From the NCBI GenBank assembly GCA_041690135.1, contig JAWLHY010000002.1, forward strand, positions 1,168,342 through 1,232,341: a stretch of DNA of 64,000 bases, written 5' to 3'. Under the pieces are notes generated by a model. That model searched no databases. It saw only the letters and a program-made list of their open reading frames with translations, and had not been told where the DNA came from. The position numbers were made by a program, and so were the translations under genes. Source of the DNA: Armatimonadota bacterium. GTDB taxonomy: Bacteria > Armatimonadota > SYMT01. Positions 57,893 to 64,000 of this stretch are shown here, one piece after another (within the stretch, counting starts at the first letter, position 1; each line of letters starts with the position of its first letter).

Positions 57893-59490
57893 TACTCCCC
57901 ATACACCACCGCCCCTAACAAGTAGCACTCGGTTCCGGATGAGCGCGAGTCCTTACCGGCGGTGGTGACCAGGCGGAGGGTATGTCTTCCCGGCTTCAGG
58001 CCGTAGATGTGCCACAGGCTGTCGTCGACGGTGTTCGGGGGGATGTAGAAGTCGACGGTCCCCGCCTTCTTTCCATCCAGGAACACATCGGCCCGGCCGC
58101 CGCTGGGGGAATGGGGTCCCACCAGCGCCACGCCGGTCCCCTCGAAGGAGAGGGTCCCCTCCTGGCCCGTTGAAGTGGTCAACTTGCCCCCGAGCGGCGT
58201 ACGATACTCGATTTTTCCGGACCGGTCACTCCACTCGCCGCGCCAGTTCCAGTCGGGGCCCGTGGCGGGGATAATCCGCAAGGGCCGGCCCATGCTCCAC
58301 TGCTCCAGCTTCGGCGGGCGCGGGGCCTGGTGGGGGACTGTGATTTCCGTATCACTCCAGCTTCCGCCCGCACGGGTCACCACCTGGCGGGCCCGGTTTA
58401 GTGTGGAGCGGATGATGTCGTTGAAGGAATAATTGGTGTAATCGAACTTCCGGCCGGCGAGCGCGGGCAGGCCGGACTTCCACTTCTCCGGAATGCGGTC
58501 ATACCCCAGCATCACCCCCAGCACCCCGGCAGCGCTGGCAGGGTTGCAATCCGAATCCTGGCCGCAGCGAGTGGAAATCTCCAGGGTCCGGCCGAAGTCG
58601 CCGTCGCCATAAAGCATCCCGATGGCGATGTAGGCGCCGTTCAGACGGGCGTCGATATTGAAGGGCTGGAGCGCACCGCCCGAGCAGGAATCGTCGCGGT
58701 CCCACCGTTCCTGGACCTTCTGCCAGGTCAAGCGCCATTGCTTCGGTTCGTCGCGGTGCCAGGCCAGCACGTCCCGGATGATCCGGGCGTACCCGCTCCG
58801 CGGCGGGAGCGAGGCGAGGCCCAGTTCCACGATGCGGCGGGGATCTTTTTCAAAGAAGGCGGCGGAATACATGGCGGTGACGAAGGTGCCGCCGTAGAGG
58901 CCGTCCCCATGGTTCATCACCCGGCCCACCCGCTCGCAGAAGCGGCTGGCCTCCCGCGGCAGACCCGGCGTCATCAGGCCGATGAAGTCCGCCTCGATCT
59001 GGAAGTCGATGTCGTTGGCGTGGAGGTTGTACTTCGGGTGTCCGGACCACGGCGCGGGCACGCCGGCATTCAACAACCGGCGTGCGGCCGCGTTGGCGTG
59101 CCAGAGCTGGTACTTCGAGTCGCGGAAGGCTTCACCGTACTGCTGCGTGGTGGCGTCCAGCCCCACGCGGTCCATCACCTCCGCGAAGGTCATCTCCACG
59201 TAGAGGTCGTCCTGGTGGAGCGTGTTCTCGATCTGCTCCGGCTTCCAGGGGATCTCCCCGTCGATCGTACGGCCCAGGTAGCGGAACTCGGTGGGGGCGC
59301 CGTACGCCACACCGATCATCTGCCCGGCCCAGCCACCGCGCACGCGGTCCTCCATCTCCGCCGGCCGCATCCGTCGGAGCGGTTCGGTCGGTCCAGCCGT
59401 GGATGCAGCGGTGAATAGCAGTCCCGCGGCAGCAAGGAGCGCGCTGGAAGCGGTGGCCGTCGTGGAGCGACGGAAGGATCTGTTACTCAT
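57892..59490 (-). CDS. Secreted ADP-ribosylglycohydrolase family protein
   Basis: GQMIGVAYGAPTE; QDDLYVE; GQDSDCN; C-terminal beta-sandwich. Confidence 0.85.
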   Translation of the reverse strand: MSNRSFRRSTTATASSALLAAAGLLFTAASTAGPTEPLRRMRPAEMEDRVRGGWAGQMIGVAYGAPTEFRYLGRTIDGEIPWKPEQIENTLHQDDLYVEMTFAEVMDRVGLDATTQQYGEAFRDSKYQLWHANAAARRLLNAGVPAPWSGHPKYNLHANDIDFQIEADFIGLMTPGLPREASRFCERVGRVMNHGDGLYGGTFVTAMYSAAFFEKDPRRIVELGLASLPPRSGYARIIRDVLAWHRDEPKQWRLTWQKVQERWDRDDSCSGGALQPFNIDARLNGAYIAIGMLYGDGDFGRTLEISTRCGQDSDCNPASAAGVLGVMLGYDRIPEKWKSGLPALAGRKFDYTNYSFNDIIRSTLNRARQVVTRAGGSWSDTEITVPHQAPRPPKLEQWSMGRPLRIIPATGPDWNWRGEWSDRSGKIEYRTPLGGKLTTSTGQEGTLSFEGTGVALVGPHSPSGGRADVFLDGKKAGTVDFYIPPNTVDDSLWHIYGLKPGRHTLRLVTTAGKDSRSSGTECYLLGAVVYGE

Positions 59491-59502
59491 TGACTCTAGT
59501 CC

Positions 59503-60159
59503 TCACACTGCGGATGGGTTCCGGAGGAAGCTCAGCGTCCTCTCCCAGGCCAGGCCGGCAGCGGCGCGGTCGTAGGCGTCCGTGCGGTCCGGCTCGCAGA
59601 ACCAGTGGCCCGTGCCGGGGTAGCGATGGAAGGTCACCGGGCGGCCAGCCCGGCGAAGGGCCTCTTCCAGATGGTCGACGTTGCCGGCCGGTTCGAACGG
59701 ATCGTCCTCCGCAAATTGGCCCAGGTACGCGGCCCGGGAGTTGCGGCAATCGTCGTCGCCGGTGCCATAGTAAAGGACCACGGACTGGATGAAGTCAGCC
59801 TGGGTGGCGGCGAGTTCGAGCGCATAAAAGGCGCCCAGGGAGAAGCCCACGACGGCCAGACCATCCTTCCTGCATCCGGTCCGCTCGTGGAGATTCCGGG
59901 CTGCCTCGGCGATCTCCGCCCGGGCGCGAAGCGAGTCGGCTTCGAGGGTCTCGGCGAGTGCCTCCGCCTCCGGGACGGTCGTCGCGACCTTGCCATGGTA
60001 GAGGTCCGGCGCAAAGGCGACGTACCCGGCGTCGGCAAGTTGCGTGCAGACCGACCTGATCGTGTCGTTCAACCCCCACCAGGCGTGAAGGACCAGCACC
60101 CCCGGTCCGCTGCCGGTGGGTGGGATGGCGAGGAAGCCATCAGGTTGAGACGTGGACAT
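59503..60159 (-). CDS. Dienelactone hydrolase family
   Basis: LHAWWGLN; GFSLGA; GTGHWF. Confidence 0.9.
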   Translation of the reverse strand: MSTSQPDGFLAIPPTGSGPGVLVLHAWWGLNDTIRSVCTQLADAGYVAFAPDLYHGKVATTVPEAEALAETLEADSLRARAEIAEAARNLHERTGCRKDGLAVVGFSLGAFYALELAATQADFIQSVVLYYGTGDDDCRNSRAAYLGQFAEDDPFEPAGNVDHLEEALRRAGRPVTFHRYPGTGHWFCEPDRTDAYDRAAAGLAWERTLSFLRNPSAV

Positions 60160-60178
60160 TAACTCCTCCCGGTCTGGA

Positions 60179-61405
60179 TCAGCGAGTGTTGGTCAGGATG
60201 CTGGCTATCAGGCGTTCGACGGCGTCCCGGGCGCCATGGGTGCTCACCGCCGAGGCCAGGATGTGGGCGCGTTCGGTCACTCCAGGTTGAAGAGCTTGCC
60301 CGAGTGCGTCGGTCAGCGATTCGGGTGTTGGCGTGCCCGGTGCGTGCGCGGCGCCGATACCGAGGCGCTGGACTCGCTCGGCCCAGTAGGGCTGGTCATA
60401 GACCTGGGGCAGGACGAATTGCGGCACACCGGCCAGCGCAGCGAGGGTGGTCGTTCCCGCGCCGCCGTGGTGGACGACCGCGGCCAAGCGTGGGAAGAGC
60501 GCCCGCAGGTTGGCCTCCCCGATCGCCAGGCAGTCGGGTGCATCGTCGATGAGCGACAATTCGGCCCATCCCTGCGACACGATCGCCCGGCACCCGAGGG
60601 CGCGCGCCGCCTGGATCATCACCTGGCTGAGGTCCTGCGAGGCGTGCGTGCTGCCGAAGCCGAAGTAAACGGGCGGCTCACCCGCGCTGAGGAACGCCTC
60701 CAACTCGGGGGAGAGGGGTCGTTCGTCCGGCAAGACCCAGGCGCCGGTCTGCACTACGGAGAGTTCCGTGGGCTCGGGCCAGGGCGCCAGGGTTGGGTCG
60801 GCGGCCAGCCATGGCCGGTCAGTGAAGATGTGGTGGCGCACGTTGTCGACCGGCGGCAGCCCGGCGGAAACGCGGTGGGAATTGAGCGCGGCGCTCCACA
60901 TGCCGTTCCAGCGCTGGGCATCATGCGCCCAGAGTTCGCGGTTGTCGACATCGGATGCGGTCGTCGTTCCCTGGCCGGGCCACGGAATGGGGGCGTGGTG
61001 GGGCGAGGGGAGCACGGTCGGGCAATAGGCGGCGAAGACGTAGGGGATCCCCAGCCTCTCCGCCACGGAACGTGCGGCGAGTTGTAGGGCGGTGGCTCCC
61101 ACGATGAGGTCGCACCCCTGCGCCGCCGCCGTGACGGTTTGGAACTGGGTGGCGATCGTGGCTTCCGCTATCTGGCGCAGCATCTCGGGCGTGGGCGGAG
61201 TTGCCGCGGCAGGGGGACGCGCGGCCGCTTGGCGCAACTCGGGACCGATGGGCGTAACGGAGAAGCCGAAGCTTTCGATCCACTCCCGGAAGTCGGGCGG
61301 CACGCAAAAATGCACGTCCTGACCGAGAGCCCGCAATTCCATTCCGAGCGCCACCAACGGCTGGACATCCCCCCGCGAGCCAATGGTCGAAAGCAATATA
61401 CGCAT
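60179..61405 (-). CDS. GT1 glycosyltransferase (GtfA / sterol GT-like)
   Basis: STIGSRGDVQP; HHGGAGTT; DQPYWA. Confidence 0.9.
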   Translation of the reverse strand: MRILLSTIGSRGDVQPLVALGMELRALGQDVHFCVPPDFREWIESFGFSVTPIGPELRQAAARPPAAATPPTPEMLRQIAEATIATQFQTVTAAAQGCDLIVGATALQLAARSVAERLGIPYVFAAYCPTVLPSPHHAPIPWPGQGTTTASDVDNRELWAHDAQRWNGMWSAALNSHRVSAGLPPVDNVRHHIFTDRPWLAADPTLAPWPEPTELSVVQTGAWVLPDERPLSPELEAFLSAGEPPVYFGFGSTHASQDLSQVMIQAARALGCRAIVSQGWAELSLIDDAPDCLAIGEANLRALFPRLAAVVHHGGAGTTTLAALAGVPQFVLPQVYDQPYWAERVQRLGIGAAHAPGTPTPESLTDALGQALQPGVTERAHILASAVSTHGARDAVERLIASILTNTR

Positions 61406-61499
61406 GAAAGACCTCCCAACTTTCCCAGACGAGCTAGGTTTACGGCCCGAGGGGCGCGGGCGCCGGATACCCGCGGAGTGGGTGTGGGCAGTCGCCGTC

Positions 61500-61910
61500 C
61501 GTAGCCGGAGCACCCACTTGTGGGTCGTCACTCGTCCAGCCGTAAACCCCGCCTAATCCGTGTGGGTCTGGTGCAAAGCCCAACGGCGCCGGCCCTACCC
61601 AAGAGGCCCTATGCTTCGCCGCGTGTACTCAAGCCCCGGCTACAAACGGCCGCTGTCCAACGGCGCCTGCGGTACCCAAGCGGCTCAAGCCGCGGCTACA
61701 CAAGACGAAGCCGACCTCCGTCGGCTAGAAACCTTGAAACGCTGGTGTTTCTCGGGTTGGCAAGCATTTGGATTGTGACGGATCCTTCTTCTCCAATTAC
61801 TAACCCTGCGCACGGAGCCGACGGAGGTCGGCTTCGCTGTTTGTAGCCGCGAGTTTAGTCGCCCAGCCGAGGTGTAGCCGGGGCTCCCACTTGTGGGTCG
61901 TCACTCGCCC
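61500..61910. repeat. REP/BIME-like mosaic
   Basis: Direct repeat GTAGCCGG..CCCACTTGTGGGTCGTCACTCG at 61501 and 61874; inverted pair at ~61690-61726 and 61816-61852. Confidence 0.65.
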
Positions 61911-61940
61911 AATATACTCGGCTTACCGATGCGCTACCGG

Positions 61941-63446
61941 TTACCGTGCCGCCCCCGGCCGCCGGGCGGCGCGGCCACTCGGTTTCGCGGGGTCATAGCG
62001 CGGGTTGGGGGTGGTGAACTTCGCTCCCACTTCTTGCTGCCACTGCTTCAGTTCTGCCTGCAACTGCCGCACGCGGTCGGGGTGCTCCCGGCTCAGGTCG
62101 CGCTGTTCCCCGGGGTCGGAGCGGAGGTTGTAGAGCTCCACGGTCGGGCCCTCGTCCCAGGCGACCAGTTTCCAGTCGCCCCGCACCACGGCTGATCCGG
62201 GAGCGCCGCCCTGGTTGCCGTAGTGGGGATAATGCCAGAACAGCGACCGCTCCGGCAACGGGCTCGTGCCGCGCAGCAGCGGAACCAGACTGCGGCCATC
62301 CAGCTTCACGCTGGCCGGCGCTGGGGCCTTCGCGCCTTCCAGCAGGGTGGGGAAGAAGTCGGGGCTGGATACCGGCGTGTCGATCTGCTTTCCGGGAGCG
62401 GCCACCCCCGGCCAGCGGATCAGGAGCGGCTCCCGGATGCCTCCCTCGTACAGCCAGCCCTTCCCGCCTCGCAGCGGGCTGTTGGAGGTGGGCCAACCTT
62501 CGCTGGTGGAAAGCCCCCCGTTATCGGAGGTGAAGACCACAATCGTGTTCTCGCGCAGCCCCAGCTCGTCTACCTTGCGCAGCACCTTGCCCACCGCCTG
62601 GTCCATCGCCTCCACCATCCCGGCGTAAACAGCGTGTTCCTGCACCAGCCGGACGTCCCGCTCGCCCTCACGGCCCCACTTCGCGGTCAGTCCCAGCCGC
62701 TGCCGTTTGGCCTCGTATTTCTCCTTCAGGTCCGGTCGCGCCATCAGCGGCGTGTGCACGTCGTAGAAGGAGAAGTAAGCCAGGAACGGCTCCTTGCGGT
62801 GGGCCTCCATGAAGCGGTTGGTCTCGGTCGCCAGCCGGTCCGGCAGGTGCTCGCCGGGAGGGCCGTCCTCCAGGCGGGGGTTCCCGTAGGGGGAGAAGTA
62901 CTTCCCGCCCCCGTAGGGACCGCCGCGCTCGTGGCCGCCCCGGTTCACGTCGAACCCCTGCTTCTCCGGATAGAACGGCTCGTTGCCCAGGTGCCACTTC
63001 CCGGCGAAGAAGGTGGCATACCCGGCGCCCTTGAGCGCCTCCGCCAGCGTCACCTCTTCCAGGCCCAACTCCAGACGATAGGGAGCGGGGAGAAGACGGG
63101 TGTTGCGGTTCCAGCGGTCCGGCTGCGCCGCCCCGATGTAATCCGTAACGCCCGTGCGCTGGGGATAGCGGCCGGTCAGGATCGAGGCCCGGGTGGGGGA
63201 GCAGACCGGGCAGGCGGCGTAGGCGCGGGTGAACCGGGCGCTTTCCTGGGCCAGGCGGTCGAGGTTGGGGGTCTCGTAGAAGCTGCTGCCGCTGAAGCCG
63301 AGGTCACGAGCCCCCAGATCGTCCACGAGGAAGAAGAGGATGTTGGGTGGGCGGTCGGCGGTGGCCCGGCGGGCTGCCAGCAGCGGCATGGCGAGCGAGG
63401 CGAGCAGCACCCCGGCGCCCGCGAGCAAGCGATGGAACCTCTTCAT
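61941..63446 (-). CDS. Sulfatase (Cys-type)
   Basis: DDLG; CSPTRASILTGRYP; GKWHLG; SDNGG. Confidence 0.95.
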   Translation of the reverse strand: MKRFHRLLAGAGVLLASLAMPLLAARRATADRPPNILFFLVDDLGARDLGFSGSSFYETPNLDRLAQESARFTRAYAACPVCSPTRASILTGRYPQRTGVTDYIGAAQPDRWNRNTRLLPAPYRLELGLEEVTLAEALKGAGYATFFAGKWHLGNEPFYPEKQGFDVNRGGHERGGPYGGGKYFSPYGNPRLEDGPPGEHLPDRLATETNRFMEAHRKEPFLAYFSFYDVHTPLMARPDLKEKYEAKRQRLGLTAKWGREGERDVRLVQEHAVYAGMVEAMDQAVGKVLRKVDELGLRENTIVVFTSDNGGLSTSEGWPTSNSPLRGGKGWLYEGGIREPLLIRWPGVAAPGKQIDTPVSSPDFFPTLLEGAKAPAPASVKLDGRSLVPLLRGTSPLPERSLFWHYPHYGNQGGAPGSAVVRGDWKLVAWDEGPTVELYNLRSDPGEQRDLSREHPDRVRQLQAELKQWQQEVGAKFTTPNPRYDPAKPSGRAARRPGAAR

Positions 63447-63578
63447 CCGATCCTCCCCACCCGCCGCTGTTTCCTCGGCGCACCCGCGGGATCTCCAATG
63501 TCCCGCGCGCCAGTTCGGCGTCACCAGGAGAGTTTCGCGTAGTGAGACTCAGATTCATTCCCGCCTTGTACCCCAGGA

Positions 63579-63992
63579 TCAAGGCTTTTGGGGTTTCCAG
63601 AACTCACCAAGACGGAACTGGTACGTCACGCCCTCGCCGACCTGGCCATTTCCCCAGAGGGTGAAGACGGTATCCGCCACCTTCTCTTCTGGAACCGTGA
63701 AACGGAAAGTCCAGAGCTTGCCGTCTTCCTCCAGTTTCACCGGCGTCCCCAGGCTCTTCCGCTCTGTCTCCGAGTTTGTGAGAAAGGCTCGCCGCCCGGG
63801 CAGGGAGATGTTGCGGACATCCCGCTGGATCACGAACTCCACGCTGTCGTTCCGCGCCTCGCGGGCCTTCAGCCGGAACGTGCCCTTCTCGATGTTCTGG
63901 GGGGTCACCTTCGCCAGTGAGGTGAGCGCCCACGCTGCCGAGCTTCCCGCCAGGAGCCCCGCCGCCGCGAGCCCCGCGAATAATCTTTTCAC
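63579..63992 (-). CDS. Secreted hypothetical protein
   Basis: GTG start; signal peptide ending AWA|L. Confidence 0.6.
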   Translation of the reverse strand: MKRLFAGLAAAGLLAGSSAAWALTSLAKVTPQNIEKGTFRLKAREARNDSVEFVIQRDVRNISLPGRRAFLTNSETERKSLGTPVKLEEDGKLWTFRFTVPEEKVADTVFTLWGNGQVGEGVTYQFRLGEFWKPQKP

Positions 63993-64000
63993 TCTTTGCC

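Overview
GC-rich bacterial DNA. PEP-CTERM, Uma2, DUF1592/DUF1552 and STN-like secreted proteins point to an Armatimonadota/PVC-type organism (inference). Most of the window is ordinary accessory metabolism: two DUF1592+DUF1552 pairs, PQQ/beta-propeller proteins, hydrolases, a sulfatase, transporters and regulators. The standout is a ~12 kb same-strand cluster (27295-39169): ECF sigma factor, mauE, mauD, mauD, a Tat-exported 15-Cys MauA-like small protein with only one Trp, a mauF homolog, a large unknown secreted protein, a second mauE-mauD-mauD set lacking the redox motifs, and three glycosyltransferase genes. The mauF homolog has an in-frame TGA exactly at the conserved Cys, followed by a SECIS-like hairpin, so it is a likely selenoprotein that the ORF track misses. 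No mauB or mauG is in the window, so this looks like a repurposed Mau-type maturation system, possibly for a disulfide-rich, glycosylated or cross-linked secreted peptide. Also present: a five-copy MITE family (two inverted copies bracket an AT-richer HNH gene), a second larger palindromic repeat family, REP-like clusters and a decayed TacA/TacT-like toxin-antitoxin pair. Family assignments come from motif recognition, not database searches.
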